A DNA stretch of 64,000 nt from NCBI GenBank assembly GCA_963787125.1, contig CAWBBV010000012.1:1-64000 (forward strand). Direction: 5' to 3'. This document shows, in pieces, positions 11,514-22,944 of the stretch. The DNA is from an uncultured delta proteobacterium (GTDB lineage Bacteria; Desulfobacterota; Desulfuromonadia; Geobacterales; DSM-12255). Position 1 is the first letter of the stretch; the number at the start of each line of letters is the position of its first letter. Under the pieces are notes generated by a model. That model saw only the letters and a list, made by a program, of their open reading frames with translations. It ran no database searches and was not told the DNA's origin. The translations under genes were made by a program, and so were the position numbers.

Positions 11514-12968
11514 ATGTTGATGCCCCAGTCAACCAGTACGATCAGTGACTCCCACGAACTCTTAAAAGGAGTTTTCGCCACAATCAAAGAAGCAGTATTT
11601 ATTGTTTCCAGTGAGAACAGAGAAATTATTGATCTTAATATCTCGGCAGAAAAGATGTTCGGCTATAGCCGTGAGGAAATGATCGGGGCGAAAACATCAA
11701 TTCTGCACCTTGATAATGAGATGTACCTGAAATTTGGCGAAATGATGACAAAGTCTTATCAAGACAAAGGTTTTTTCGAGACAACCTATCGCATGAAGAG
11801 AAAAGACGGGTCTTATTTTCCTTCAGAGCACTCTGTAAGACCGATTACTTTTGTGGATGATCTCTGTACAAGCCATGTGTGTGTTGTCCAGGATATCTCT
11901 GAGCAGGTGAGCCGCGTGGAAGAGCTTTACTCCCTTGCTCAGCAACTTGATACCCGTAACTATTTCGTTGAGTCAGTATTCACAAACCTGAAGAGCGGCA
12001 TAATCGTCGTCAATCGTGACTATAAGATTTTGATGCTTAATCATTATGTAGCTGAACTATCAGGTGAACCTTCTGAAGCACACACAGGTAAAAATCTTGC
12101 TGATATCTGCCCTGAACTGCACGCTGCACTGCTTAGCGGAATTTCTGATGGTGAAATACCGGTTAAACTGTTCGACCGCAAACAGGTGGTAGGTTTTGCA
12201 AAATTTGATCTGCAGGGTGGTTACAAGGGGTCTGATGGCTATATTATCAACTTTAAGGATCTGACTGAGATTATCAAAATCCGGCGGCAGTTGCGGCATA
12301 AAGAGCGTCTTTCTGCCATGGGCGAGGTGGTTGCAAATGTTGCCCATGAAATGCGCAATCCGCTGTTTGCCATGACAACTGTTGCCCAGATTTTTGCCAT
12401 GGAGCTGATGTTGACGCCTGCCCAGAAAGAGCTCATGAATTCCATGCTGAAAGAGTCGAAGCGACTGAATGATCTTGTTGAAGAACTTCTTGATTCAACC
12501 AGAGAGTTACGCCTCCAGAGAAAAAATATTGATCTGAATAGTGTTATTACTGAGTCTTTCCGGGTGTTGGAGGCAATCCCACATAGCGAGCGGCTCATCA
12601 TCAGAAAAACAACTTATGCGGAGAAAATTCCGCTTAACGCTGATTTTGAAAAACTCGAGCAGGTAGTTATTAATCTGGTTAAAAACGCCATGGAAGCTTC
12701 TCCTGATAATTCATTTGTTGATCTGAACATTGAAGAGGGGGTCGGTGGGGTAATTATCTCTGTTATTGACAGTGGTACCGGAATCTCCCCCGGGGCAATG
12801 GAGAAGATCTTTGAAGTTTTTTATACCACCAAGAAAAATGGCACCGGTCTTGGGTTGTCAATCTGCAAGAACATCATTGAGGCTCACGGTGGCTCTCTCG
12901 AAGCGTGTAACAACCCGGAAGTAGGTGCAACGTTTACAATTAAACTCCCTTTTGGCGGTGATGAGTGA
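11514..12968 (+). CDS. PAS-PAS sensor histidine kinase (NtrB-like)
   Basis: AHEMRNPL, NLVKNAMEA, DSGTGI, GTGLGL. Confidence 0.93.
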   Translation: MLMPQSTSTISDSHELLKGVFATIKEAVFIVSSENREIIDLNISAEKMFGYSREEMIGAKTSILHLDNEMYLKFGEMMTKSYQDKGFFETTYRMKRKDGSYFPSEHSVRPITFVDDLCTSHVCVVQDISEQVSRVEELYSLAQQLDTRNYFVESVFTNLKSGIIVVNRDYKILMLNHYVAELSGEPSEAHTGKNLADICPELHAALLSGISDGEIPVKLFDRKQVVGFAKFDLQGGYKGSDGYIINFKDLTEIIKIRRQLRHKERLSAMGEVVANVAHEMRNPLFAMTTVAQIFAMELMLTPAQKELMNSMLKESKRLNDLVEELLDSTRELRLQRKNIDLNSVITESFRVLEAIPHSERLIIRKTTYAEKIPLNADFEKLEQVVINLVKNAMEASPDNSFVDLNIEEGVGGVIISVIDSGTGISPGAMEKIFEVFYTTKKNGTGLGLSICKNIIEAHGGSLEACNNPEVGATFTIKLPFGGDE

Positions 12969-14320
12969 TGAAGGCGTTAATTATCGACGATGAGCCTGGT
13001 ATCAGGCTCTCTCTCGGTCATTTTCTCAAGAGCAGAGGCTATGAAACTCTTGAGTCTGCCAACGGTTCCGATGGTCTCGAAATTGCCAGGTCATCCTGCC
13101 CTGATATCGTCTTTCTTGATAAACGACTGCCGGACTGTGACGGCGAATCGCTGCTGCCGCTGCTGATCTCTCCTGAAATCGGCTCCTCTGTCATCATGAT
13201 GACCGCCTATGTTGAACTTGACAAAGCTGTCATGCTGATGAAGCAGGGGGCCGAATACTTTTTCCCCAAGCCTTTTGACCTCAATCATTTAGCCCTTGTA
13301 CTGGAGAGCATTGAAGAGCGGTTACGGCTCAAAAATGAGCTGCTTCACTGCCGTAATCTCCATGGACAGGGGGGACTGCCTACCAGTATTATCGGCATCT
13401 CTCCTCAAATTAACCGGATCCACAGACTTATTTCGCTCCTTGCCCAAAACCGTTCAACCCCTGTACTTATTTTGGGCGAATCCGGTTCAGGTAAAGAACT
13501 CGTGGCTACAGCCATCCATCAACAGAGTCCGTTATCGGGGCCGTTTGTCGAAATCAACAGCGCCTCACTTTCCGAAACCCTGCTGGAATCTGAGCTCTTC
13601 GGCCACGAAAAGGGTGCATTTACCGATGCCTCAAAAATCAAGAAGGGACTTTTTGAAATTGCAGATAACGGCACTATTTTCTTTGATGAACTTGCCGAAA
13701 TGCCGTTGTCAGTGCAGGCAAAGCTGCTGAAAGTGCTAGATACCAGAGTTTATCGCCGTGTTGGGGGGGTCGCAGACCTGAAAAGTAACGCCCGCTTTAT
13801 TGGCGCGACCAACAGGGATCTGGGGGAGATGGTGAAAAAAGGACTGTTTCGTGAAGACCTTTTTTACCGGATTAACATCCTGCCGCTTACTGTCCCCCCA
13901 TTGCGGGAAAGAGGCCGGGATATTATTGTTCTCGCTGAGCACTTCATCAGATCCCTGAGCGAGGAGATGGGTAAAAGCAGAATCAGAATGACCGGAGAGT
14001 TTATGGAGGCATTGACAAAATACCGCTGGCCGGGAAATGTCCGTGAGCTGAAAAACGTTATTGAACGCGCCCTGATCCTTGTTGAAAATCACGAAATTGC
14101 TCTGGAGCATCTCCCTCTTGAAATGCGGAGCAGCACTTCACTGCCCCCGGTTAACAATCGCGCAGCTGAGTTTCCATCCCTGCAGCAGATTGAAAATGAT
14201 CATATCAAGGCTGCTCTCCAGTGGACCGATAATAACCACTCCCGTACTGCCGCCATTCTTGGTATCAGTCGCTCAACTCTCCTGGTTAAATTGAAAAAAA
14301 CTAATTCCGCTGTACAGTAA
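12965..14320 (+). CDS. Sigma54-dependent response regulator (REC-AAA+-HTH)
   Basis: GESGSGKE, ESELFGHEKGAFTDA (GAFTGA variant), WPGNVREL, Fis-type HTH. Confidence 0.95.
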   Translation: MMKALIIDDEPGIRLSLGHFLKSRGYETLESANGSDGLEIARSSCPDIVFLDKRLPDCDGESLLPLLISPEIGSSVIMMTAYVELDKAVMLMKQGAEYFFPKPFDLNHLALVLESIEERLRLKNELLHCRNLHGQGGLPTSIIGISPQINRIHRLISLLAQNRSTPVLILGESGSGKELVATAIHQQSPLSGPFVEINSASLSETLLESELFGHEKGAFTDASKIKKGLFEIADNGTIFFDELAEMPLSVQAKLLKVLDTRVYRRVGGVADLKSNARFIGATNRDLGEMVKKGLFREDLFYRINILPLTVPPLRERGRDIIVLAEHFIRSLSEEMGKSRIRMTGEFMEALTKYRWPGNVRELKNVIERALILVENHEIALEHLPLEMRSSTSLPPVNNRAAEFPSLQQIENDHIKAALQWTDNNHSRTAAILGISRSTLLVKLKKTNSAVQ

Positions 14321-14327
14321 TCGTTCA

Positions 14328-14344
14328 TGTCCGGTTTCCGGACA
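14328..14344. promoter_or_regulatory. Putative enhancer-binding-protein site (UAS1)
   Basis: Perfect dyad TGTCCGG-TTT-CCGGACA (TGT-N11-ACA). Confidence 0.6.
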
Positions 14345-14526
14345 CCAGCCATAAGATTCAGCATCACGATAAAGTGAGGCCACGGATAACACCAGTCTTG
14401 GTAGCCAAAGTAGCTGCTTTTACAAAGTTTTGTATTTATTTCATCTGTTCGACTTTTTCGGTTTAGACTGTTTTCCTGTTTTGCTGCAACATCATCCCTA
14501 CAAATTCAAATTTTATCCCGTATAAC

Positions 14527-14543
14527 TGTCCTGATTCCGGACA
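14527..14543. promoter_or_regulatory. Putative enhancer-binding-protein site (UAS2)
   Basis: TGTCCTG-ATT-CCGGACA, 15/17 identical to UAS1, about 70 bp upstream of the -24 element. Confidence 0.6.
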
Positions 14544-14614
14544 CTATCCAGCCCCTGCATGTTCCTGCACTTAATAACTATCCGTAATCGCACAACAAAA
14601 TCCAATAAATTCTT

Positions 14615-14630
14615 TGGCACGCTAACTGCT
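14615..14630 (+). promoter_or_regulatory. Sigma54 -24/-12 promoter for the chemosensory cluster
   Basis: TGGCAC-GCTAA-CTGCT with canonical GG-N10-GC spacing, about 40 bp upstream of the 14673 ATG. Confidence 0.8.
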
Positions 14631-14672
14631 AACTGATTCTTATTAAGTATAGATAATAAGGAGCAGTATATT

Positions 14673-15059
14673 ATGCCAAATTCACTTAAAAAAATTCTGA
14701 TTGTTGACGACGAGCTGTCAATACTTACTTCACTTTCCTATCTACTCAGGACTGAGGGTGTTGAAGTCATTGCCTGCAATGAAATAGAGCAGGCCGAAGA
14801 GGCTCTGGCTAACTCGCACTTTGATCTGGTGATTACCGACATCAGGATGTCCGGCGTGAACGGTATCGAAGGTTTGGAACTGTTGACCTATATAAAGGAA
14901 AATTTCTCGACGAATGTCATGATAATGACGGGGTTTGGCTCACCTGAAATTGAAGCTGAAGCCTATAAACGTGGCGCCTGCTTCTACTTCAAAAAGCCGT
15001 TGGAGATAAAACAGCTGCTTGTGAAGGTTTTTGAGCTGGGAATACCGGTACGTAACTGA
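14673..15059 (+). CDS. Single-domain response regulator
   Basis: IVDDE, ITDIRM, MTG, KP; paralog of 20324..20716. Confidence 0.92.
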   Translation: MPNSLKKILIVDDELSILTSLSYLLRTEGVEVIACNEIEQAEEALANSHFDLVITDIRMSGVNGIEGLELLTYIKENFSTNVMIMTGFGSPEIEAEAYKRGACFYFKKPLEIKQLLVKVFELGIPVRN

Positions 15060-15167
15060 TTCATGTAATAAATCCCCGCGTGATAAGCAGAATAGGTGCG
15101 TTAACGAACTGATTCCAGCAAGAAAAGCACTGGAAATTGTTTCAATCCACTAATCAGTAAATAGCTT

Positions 15168-17906
15168 ATGAATAGGATGGTTATCATGAAAAACGGGCAC
15201 TTCCTGAATTATTCAATCGGTAAGAAACTAGGCATCATTGAGGCCGTGATTGTTCTTATCCTTATGGCCGGATTTACCTTATTTATTGTCAGCTTTACTG
15301 CAAAGATTCTTGAGACGCGGATGAAGGAAGATCTGACCAGCCAGGTCATAAGCGCCAAAAACATCCTTGAAGTCTACAGCAATGACGTCAATGTCAGCAC
15401 TGAAAAACTCGCCAATGTTTTCCTGGCAAATTTCCCTGGAGGATTTTCCATAGAAACCGCCAAGTCGGTAAAAGTCGGTACGTTGACAACTCCACAACTT
15501 AAGTGCGGCGCAAAGGTGGTTAATCTTAATTTTGAAGAGGTTGACAGGTTCAGCAAAATGACTGGTGGTGCTGCAACTGTTTTTGTCCGCTGCGGTGATG
15601 ATTTTGTCCGGATATCCACTTCATTGAAAAAAGAGGACGGCACCCGCGCTGTCGGTACAACTCTGGGGAAGCAGCACCCCGGCTATGTATCCTTGCTGAA
15701 AGGTGAAAGTTATCTTGGCCGGGCAACACTGTTCGGTAAGGACTATTCCACAAAATATCTTCCTGTAAGACGGGGAGACGGCGAAGTCATCGGAATTCTT
15801 TTTGTCGGCTACGATATGACTGACGGCTTCAAGTATCTGAAAGAAAAGCTCAAAGCCATAAAAATAGGGAAAACCGGCTATATTTACGCTCTCAACAGTC
15901 AGGAGGGTGCCAAGTACGGCTCTCTGCTCATCCATCCAGCCCTTGAAGGTAAAAATATCCTCGATTCCAGGGATGATGCCGGCAATGAATTCATCAAGGA
16001 GATTCTGACAAAGAAAAACGGGATCATTGTCTATCCATGGCTTAACAAGGAGTTGGGAGAAACGGTCGCCAGGGAGAAGATAGTATCTTACCTGAGTTAT
16101 GATGAATGGCACACAATCATTGCTGCCGGCGCTTATACGGACGAATTGTTGAGTGATGCGGTCAAGCTCCGCAACTATATTATTATCGCCAGTCTTGCCA
16201 TTGCCGCAATCCTGATTATACTGCTCAATTTCTTTGCAAACAAAATGGTGACTCTCCCCTTACAACGTGCCGTCAAATTTGCTCAGACAGTTGCGTCTGG
16301 TGATCTTACCAGCTCAGTAAGAGTTGTTGCAGACGATGAAATCGGGCAACTCTCAACTGCTCTGAACGGCATGGTGGCAAACCTCAAAAACATGATCGAA
16401 AGTATAGGTACTGCGGCTAAATTCGTTGCTATGACAGCTGAGGATATTGCTGAAAACAGTGCGCAACTTGAAAGAGCGACGCAAAATCAGACATCCGCTA
16501 CAGATGAGACCTCTGCAACAATGGTGCAAATGTCGGCATCAATCCAGACTGTTTCAACCAACACTGATTCACTGGCAAGTAATGCGGACGAGGTTTCATC
16601 ATCAATACATGAACTTGGAGCATCCAGCGATCAGGTGGCAAAGAGTGCAGAAGTGATGGCCTCTTCTGTCGCAGAAACCTCGGCAACAATTGAACAGATG
16701 ACCATCTCTATCGAGAAAGTTGCCAGAAGTTCCGAAGACCTTGCTTCATCTGTAACGGAAACATCCTCAACAGTTGAGCAGATGACAGTTTCAATCGATC
16801 AGGTTGCCGGCAATGCCCAGGAGTTGCGAACTGTCGTGATGGAGTCGTCAACAGTTGTTTCCCAGATGGCTGAGTCAATTATGCATGTAAATACTTACGT
16901 CGATGAGGCCGACAAGGCTGCCAAAGTGGCCGCCAAAGAGGGGTATGCCGGCCAACAGGCCGGTGAGCAGGCAGTTGCTGCCATGATCAAGGTAGCAGCG
17001 GTTATTGAGAAAACTTCAGAGTCAATCATCACTCTTGGCAAGCGTTCCGAGGAGATTGGCAATATCGTTGAGGTGATTAACCAGATCGCCGATCAGACAA
17101 ATCTTCTGGCGCTTAATGCCGCTATTGAAGCGGCACGGGCAGGGGATGCCGGCAGAGGGTTTGCTGTTGTTGCTGAAGAGGTCAGGAAACTTGCCGAACG
17201 GAGTGTGGCGGCTACCAATGAGATAGCCGAAGTTATTCGCAAAGTGCAGGCCGACACCACTGAATCAGTCAGACTCGGAGAGATAGCTTCTGATGAGGCC
17301 AAAGCCTCAATGGAGCTGACAACTATGGCTGGTGGCGCTTTTGAGCGGATAGCCTCAAGCGTTGCCCTCACCAGTAACCTGCTTTCTGATATTTCACGGA
17401 TGACTGCTGAACAGTCAATTGCCACCACCCAGGTGATCAGTTCTGTTGAGAGAATGAGTCAATCCACAGAAATAGTTGCCAATGCAGCACGGGAACAGGC
17501 TCTTGGCGGACGTCAGATCAGAATCGCAATCGAGCGGATGAATCATATCTCCAGAGAGGTTTCCATTGCAACCCGGGAACAGGCAACCGGTGGCAGACAG
17601 ATAAGAGGTGCTGTGGAGAATATGAACCATGTGACCGGTCAGGTCAGTATTGCGACCAGAGAACAGTCCCTCTCCGCCCGGCAGATTGTGGCGGCAGTGA
17701 ACAGTATGAATTTGATGATTCAGTCTGTAGCTATTGCGACATCTGAACAGAAGATGGGGGGCAGCATGATCGCAACGGCAATGGAGAGTATCAGCGATAC
17801 AACCCGCAAGAACCTGTGCTCGGTTGAAGAGCTCTCAATGGCGGCAAAAAACCTGACTGAGCGGGCGGTCGATCTCTCGGCCATGGTTTCAGCATTCAAG
17901 ATCTGA
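15168..17906 (+). CDS. Methyl-accepting chemotaxis protein (Cache-type sensor, HAMP, extended signalling domain)
   Basis: Two TM helices, Cache-like periplasmic region, [20 protein letters not shown] tip. Confidence 0.95.
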   Translation: MNRMVIMKNGHFLNYSIGKKLGIIEAVIVLILMAGFTLFIVSFTAKILETRMKEDLTSQVISAKNILEVYSNDVNVSTEKLANVFLANFPGGFSIETAKSVKVGTLTTPQLKCGAKVVNLNFEEVDRFSKMTGGAATVFVRCGDDFVRISTSLKKEDGTRAVGTTLGKQHPGYVSLLKGESYLGRATLFGKDYSTKYLPVRRGDGEVIGILFVGYDMTDGFKYLKEKLKAIKIGKTGYIYALNSQEGAKYGSLLIHPALEGKNILDSRDDAGNEFIKEILTKKNGIIVYPWLNKELGETVAREKIVSYLSYDEWHTIIAAGAYTDELLSDAVKLRNYIIIASLAIAAILIILLNFFANKMVTLPLQRAVKFAQTVASGDLTSSVRVVADDEIGQLSTALNGMVANLKNMIESIGTAAKFVAMTAEDIAENSAQLERATQNQTSATDETSATMVQMSASIQTVSTNTDSLASNADEVSSSIHELGASSDQVAKSAEVMASSVAETSATIEQMTISIEKVARSSEDLASSVTETSSTVEQMTVSIDQVAGNAQELRTVVMESSTVVSQMAESIMHVNTYVDEADKAAKVAAKEGYAGQQAGEQAVAAMIKVAAVIEKTSESIITLGKRSEEIGNIVEVINQIADQTNLLALNAAIEAARAGDAGRGFAVVAEEVRKLAERSVAATNEIAEVIRKVQADTTESVRLGEIASDEAKASMELTTMAGGAFERIASSVALTSNLLSDISRMTAEQSIATTQVISSVERMSQSTEIVANAAREQALGGRQIRIAIERMNHISREVSIATREQATGGRQIRGAVENMNHVTGQVSIATREQSLSARQIVAAVNSMNLMIQSVAIATSEQKMGGSMIATAMESISDTTRKNLCSVEELSMAAKNLTERAVDLSAMVSAFKI

Positions 17907-17976
17907 GTCCGGCAGATCAAGTCGGCTCAGCAGCAGCGGCGTAATCAGGGATAACTATTTAAAAAGGAGAATGTCG

Positions 17977-20286
17977 ATGGGGTGGAACAATTTCAGATTA
18001 TGGCTCAAAGTTGCGACCGGTATCGTTTCTGTCCTTTTTCTGCTGCTACTCATCAGTCTCTGGTCGATAAAAGGTCTTTCTTCAGTTGTCAAGGAAGGGC
18101 ACGAAGTTATCAGCGGCAACAGCCTGCGGAGTGAACTGCTGCAAAGAGAGGTAGATCATCTTAATTGGGTTAAAAATGTCAGCATGTTTCTTCTTGATGA
18201 GCATGTAGCGGAGCTGACAGTTGAAACTGATCATACCAAATGCGGTTTCGGGAAGTGGTATTACTCCAAGGCGCGCACCGCTGCTGAAAGCCTTGTGCCG
18301 GCCCTTAAAGAGCCCCTTGCCACAATTGAAGAGCCACACCGCAAGCTGCACGACTCTGCGATTCAGATAAAAAGCAGCTATGTCAAGGAGAAGAACTCTC
18401 TTGCAGGCAAGAAGCTGGCAGAAGAGATTTTCTCAACCGTGACTCAGCCAAATCTCCTGAAAATCCAGACTCAATTAGCTGCAATGAATGAAATCAGCAA
18501 GAAGAACCTGCTCTCGGAAGATAAAATGTTGAAAAATGCAACCAGCACCAGAATTGCAGCAATTGTTCTCAGTATTGTTGCCATAGTTATCGGCATAGTG
18601 ATCTGTATCATCATTACCCGCTCCATTACCGGTCCAGTTGTCAAAGGGGTAGCTTTTGCAAAGGCGGTTGCCGAGGGGGATCTTAGCGGAAGGTTGGAGG
18701 TTAAAAGCAAGGACGAAGTGGGAGAACTGGCTGTGGCACTCAACGCGATGGTGGCGAATCTTCGTGAGATGGTCGGCCGGATTCGCGACACCTCCAGCCA
18801 GGTCGCGACCGCCGCGGGGCAGATATCAGCCAACTCCGGCCAACTGACAAAAGCGGCCCACAGCCAGGCATCCGCCTCGGACGAAACATCCGCCACCATG
18901 GTGCAGATGGCCGCCTCCATCCAGACCGTCGCCAGCAACGCCGACTCCCTGGCCAGTAATGCTGATGAAGTCTCCTCCTCCGTCCAGGAGCTGGGGGCCT
19001 CCAGCGAACAGGTAGCCAAAAGCGCCGAACTGATGGCCTCCTCCGTCTCCGAGACTTCAGCCACCATCGAACAGATGACCGTCTCCATCGAAAAAGTAGC
19101 CAAGAGTACGGAAGACCTGGCATCATCGGTCTCCGAAACCTCCTCCACCATCGAACAGATGACCGTCTCCATCGACCAGGTTGCCGGCAACTCCCAGGAG
19201 CTGCAGAAAGTAGTCAGTGACTCCGCCGCCATAATTGAAGAGATGGCCGCCTCCATCAAACAGGTTGCCAAAAGTGTCGAAGAAGCCGACACCGTAGCCA
19301 AGAGCGCCGCCAAAGAAGGGACAGCCGGGATCAAAGCCGGACAACAGGCCGCAGCCGGAATGGCACGGGTAGCCGAAGTCATCGACAAAACCTCCGCCTC
19401 CATCGTCAACCTTGGCAAACGCTCCGAAGAGATCGGCAGCATCGTCAAAGTCATTAACGAAATAGCCGACCAGACAAACCTCCTTGCGCTGAATGCGGCC
19501 ATCGAAGCGGCCAGAGCCGGTGATGCGGGGAGAGGCTTTGCCGTAGTCGCCGAAGAAGTGCGCAAACTGGCGGAACGGAGCATGGTAGCGACCAAAGAGA
19601 TAGCCCAGGTGATCCGCCAGGTACAGGCAGACACGGGCGAATCGGTCAAATACGGCGAAATAGCCTCAAAAGAAGCAAAGGCATCCATGGAGCTGACCAC
19701 CGTCGCCAGCGGCTCCATCGAAAGCATCGTTGCCAGCATCGAGCGGACAAGCAAGCTGATGTCCGATATCTCCCGAATGACCGGTGAACAGTCAAAAGCG
19801 TCCGGTCAAGTTGTGCGGGCGGTGGAGTTGATGAACCAGTCTACAGCCGTTGTTGTCAACGCTGCGCGCGAACAGGCTCTTGGAGGACGGCAGATAAGGG
19901 TTGCTATCGAGCGGATGAATCATATCACCCAGGAAGTGACGGTAGCGACCAGGGAGCAGGCGGGCGGCAGCAGGCAGATACGCATTGCCGTCGAGAATAT
20001 GAACCATATTACCGGCCAGGTAAGCATCGCCACAAGAGAGCAGTCGTTGTCAGCCAGACAGATAGTTACTGCGGTGAACAGTATGAATGCCATGACCCAG
20101 TCAGTAGCCATTGCTACGGCAGAGCAGAAAAAGGGTGGGGTGATGGTTGTAGCGGCCATGGAAAATATCAGCAATATTTCCCGCGAAAATCTCATTTCAG
20201 TAGAAGAGCTTGCCAGGGATGCGGGTAGCCTGACTGAGCGGGCTCTGGATCTGTCAGCCATGGTTTCAGCATTCAGAGTAGCCTGA
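17977..20286 (+). CDS. Methyl-accepting chemotaxis protein with a CZB-like domain between its TM helices
   Basis: HLNW...[11 protein letters not shown]...HRKLH CZB signature; MCP tip motif; AAGGAG RBS before 17977. Confidence 0.93.
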   Translation: MGWNNFRLWLKVATGIVSVLFLLLLISLWSIKGLSSVVKEGHEVISGNSLRSELLQREVDHLNWVKNVSMFLLDEHVAELTVETDHTKCGFGKWYYSKARTAAESLVPALKEPLATIEEPHRKLHDSAIQIKSSYVKEKNSLAGKKLAEEIFSTVTQPNLLKIQTQLAAMNEISKKNLLSEDKMLKNATSTRIAAIVLSIVAIVIGIVICIIITRSITGPVVKGVAFAKAVAEGDLSGRLEVKSKDEVGELAVALNAMVANLREMVGRIRDTSSQVATAAGQISANSGQLTKAAHSQASASDETSATMVQMAASIQTVASNADSLASNADEVSSSVQELGASSEQVAKSAELMASSVSETSATIEQMTVSIEKVAKSTEDLASSVSETSSTIEQMTVSIDQVAGNSQELQKVVSDSAAIIEEMAASIKQVAKSVEEADTVAKSAAKEGTAGIKAGQQAAAGMARVAEVIDKTSASIVNLGKRSEEIGSIVKVINEIADQTNLLALNAAIEAARAGDAGRGFAVVAEEVRKLAERSMVATKEIAQVIRQVQADTGESVKYGEIASKEAKASMELTTVASGSIESIVASIERTSKLMSDISRMTGEQSKASGQVVRAVELMNQSTAVVVNAAREQALGGRQIRVAIERMNHITQEVTVATREQAGGSRQIRIAVENMNHITGQVSIATREQSLSARQIVTAVNSMNAMTQSVAIATAEQKKGGVMVVAAMENISNISRENLISVEELARDAGSLTERALDLSAMVSAFRVA
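18781..19823 (+). repeat. About 1-kb near-identical DNA repeat, copy 1 (MCP signalling domain)
   Basis: Matches 24357-25399 at offset 5576 with scattered, mostly synonymous differences. Confidence 0.9.
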
Positions 20287-20323
20287 GCCTGCTGATTAAA
20301 ACAAAAAATGTAAAGGAGACACA

Positions 20324-20716
20324 ATGACTGCAACTCCGGTGAAAAAAATCCTGATAGTAGATGATGAGCAGGCAATCCTTCTCAGCCTCTCATATATTCT
20401 CCAGATCGAGGGTGTCGAAGTGCTTGCCTGTAACGAAATAGAGCAGGCTGAGAACGCCCTTGCCGAGGATCATTTCGACCTGGTTATCGCCGATATCCGG
20501 ATGTCCGGCATAGCCGGTATCGAGGGTCTGGAACTACTCAGCTATATCAAGAAGAATTATCCTACGGAAGTCATCATCATGACCGGTTTCGGAACTCCTG
20601 AAATAGAAACTGAAGCATACAACCGCGGCGCCCGTCATTTCTTCTGTAAACCAATTGAAATCAGAACGCTGTTAAAAGTCGTTGCAGACATCGGAATACC
20701 GGTCAGGAACTGTTGA
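20324..20716 (+). CDS. Single-domain response regulator
   Basis: IVDDE, IADIRM, KP; paralog of 14673..15059. Confidence 0.92.
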   Translation: MTATPVKKILIVDDEQAILLSLSYILQIEGVEVLACNEIEQAENALAEDHFDLVIADIRMSGIAGIEGLELLSYIKKNYPTEVIIMTGFGTPEIETEAYNRGARHFFCKPIEIRTLLKVVADIGIPVRNC

Positions 20717-20793
20717 CAGAGACTGTTTCGCTTCAATGCTTTTTAAATAAATGAATTAATTAAATCTCAGATTTCAGTAAAGCGGAGGAGATT

Positions 20794-21177
20794 ATGCTTA
20801 AAAAAGTTCTGGTAGTAGATGATTCGGCCTTAATTCATCAAATGTACCGCCTGGTAATGAATCGTTACAGCTGTGCGATTGCTGATGCAATGAACGGTCA
20901 GGAGGCTCTGGATGTTATTGCCCAGCAAAAGGATATCGATCTGATTCTGCTCGATATAAACATGCCGGTCATGAACGGAGTCCAGTTCATGGAAAAGGCT
21001 TCTCCGCTCGGGATTGTTGCCAGGATACCGGTGATAATCATCAGTACGGAAGGTAAGGAAGAAGACACAATCAGAGGGCTCAAGCTTGGTGCCAGAGGCT
21101 ACCTGAAAAAACCTTTTCACCCGTCAGAACTGCATGCGCTGATTGAGAAAATCTTCGCTATAAATCACAGTCATTAG
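20794..21177 (+). CDS. cheY: CheY-like response regulator
   Basis: VVDDS, LLDINMP, ISTEG, KPF; directly upstream of cheA. Confidence 0.8.
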   Translation: MLKKVLVVDDSALIHQMYRLVMNRYSCAIADAMNGQEALDVIAQQKDIDLILLDINMPVMNGVQFMEKASPLGIVARIPVIIISTEGKEEDTIRGLKLGARGYLKKPFHPSELHALIEKIFAINHSH

Positions 21178-21212
21178 TATTTGCGCCAATTGATACGCTC
21201 ATAGAGAGGTGA

Positions 21213-22919
21213 ATGGTTTTGGATAATGTCATGGACATATCGACTCTGATTGAAGAATTTCTGGAAGACGCCAACGGCCATCTTGAAGCAGTGGAAGTAG
21301 CACTCATGGAGTTGGAGAAACGGTCCGGAGAAGGCGTTGTAGATGAAACGCTGATGACGCTTCTTTTGGGCAACCTTCATACCCTTAAAGGGAATTCCGG
21401 GATGATGGGGTTTACGCCGGTGCAGCAGTATGTGCACCAGCTGGAAAGCTCCCTCAACAAAATTCAGGAAGGGGTAATTCCCCTGTCGGCAGCGGTCTTT
21501 GAACTGCTCTACTCGGCAATCTCCGCCCTGAGAGTTAACTTTACCCTGCTGGCAGCCGACCACAAAGCTCACCTTGATTTCAGCGATGAGATGATGTCTC
21601 TGGAGATGCTCTTATTCAGCCAGACAGCAACAAGCGGGGAACAGAGTGGAGCTTTGCACCAGTCGACTTTCAAAGCCAAAAGTGAAGACCTTGCCTATAT
21701 CACCCAAAAAAGCAATACCCTCAAAGTCGGCTTTGAAAAACTTGACGAACTCCTTAATCTGGTCGGCGAACTGGTAATCCACCGGACATCACTGGTTGCC
21801 ATGGAAAAACGTTTACAGGAACAACTCACCGACCGCTCGCTCCTGGAATCTTTCAGCGAAATCAGTCAACATATCGGTAAAAGCTCCACAGACCTGCGTG
21901 AAGCTATCATGAAAGCCCGGATGCTCCCGATCAAAAGCGTCTTCCAGCGGTTTCAGCGGCTGGTTCGAGATCACTCGCAAAAAACCGGCAAAGAGATACT
22001 GCTGCGCTTTGAAGGCGAAGAGACCGAGCTGGACAAAACGGTAATTGACGAAATTGGCGAACCGCTTCTCCACCTGATTAGAAACGCCGCTGATCACGGT
22101 ATCGAAAGTGTCGAAGAGCGCCGTCTTGCCGGTAAAACTGCCGCCGGCACTCTCACTCTCAGTGCCAGTCACGAAAGCAACCACATCGTTATAGCCGTAG
22201 CCGATGATGGCAAAGGGATCGATCCTGACACCGTCCGCCGCTCAGCAGTCGCCAAAGGGGTAATAACACCAGCAGAAGCCATGGCGCTCTCACCCCAGGA
22301 AGCCCTTCAGCTTATCTTCTTACCCGGCTTTTCCACCAGCAGTGAAGTCACGGAGACCTCCGGTCGCGGCATCGGTCTTGACGTTGTTAAAAAAATAGTT
22401 ACTGCTCTCAACGGCATGATCGACATAGCCAGCCAGCCGGGCCGTGGCACAAGATTCACTATCAAGCTCCCCCTTACCCTTGCCATAATAACCGCTCTCA
22501 TGGTTGATGTCGGTGGCGAGACCTTTGCCATTCCGCTATCAGGGGTTCTGGAGAGCATCAGGATAAGAACTGACGAAATCCATCAGATCGGCGCCACCGA
22601 AGTTATCAATCTGCGCGATCACCTCCTGCCGATCTGCCGTCTGGATAACTTCTACACCATCAAACAGGGCGCGGCCAGAGAACAGGAATATGTCGTCGTT
22701 GTCGGCAGTGGCGAAAAACGTGGCGGTCTGGTGGTTGACAGACTGCTTGGACAACAGGAGATAGTCATCAAAGCTCTTGATGATTATCTGGGCGAACTCC
22801 CCGGCATCTCGGGCGGCACCGTGCTTGGTGACGGCAGTATCGCCATGATCGTTGATATCAGCTCGATTTTATCTCAACTGAAAAACCTTAATAACCAGCA
22901 GTCAGTTGCCAATACATAA
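21213..22919 (+). CDS. cheA: Chemotaxis histidine kinase CheA (short, no P2 domain)
   Basis: Hpt LHTLKGNSG, KLDELLNLVGELVI, HLIRNAADHG, GRGIGLDVV, C-terminal CheW-like domain. Confidence 0.96.
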   Translation: MVLDNVMDISTLIEEFLEDANGHLEAVEVALMELEKRSGEGVVDETLMTLLLGNLHTLKGNSGMMGFTPVQQYVHQLESSLNKIQEGVIPLSAAVFELLYSAISALRVNFTLLAADHKAHLDFSDEMMSLEMLLFSQTATSGEQSGALHQSTFKAKSEDLAYITQKSNTLKVGFEKLDELLNLVGELVIHRTSLVAMEKRLQEQLTDRSLLESFSEISQHIGKSSTDLREAIMKARMLPIKSVFQRFQRLVRDHSQKTGKEILLRFEGEETELDKTVIDEIGEPLLHLIRNAADHGIESVEERRLAGKTAAGTLTLSASHESNHIVIAVADDGKGIDPDTVRRSAVAKGVITPAEAMALSPQEALQLIFLPGFSTSSEVTETSGRGIGLDVVKKIVTALNGMIDIASQPGRGTRFTIKLPLTLAIITALMVDVGGETFAIPLSGVLESIRIRTDEIHQIGATEVINLRDHLLPICRLDNFYTIKQGAAREQEYVVVVGSGEKRGGLVVDRLLGQQEIVIKALDDYLGELPGISGGTVLGDGSIAMIVDISSILSQLKNLNNQQSVANT

Positions 22920-22944
22920 CAAAAAAGCAAAGGAGTTTGTGGCC

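Noticed and set aside
18471..19754. Long antisense ORFs over the MCP genes (also 24560..25330)
   Set aside because: Shadow frames of biased, repetitive coding sequence.
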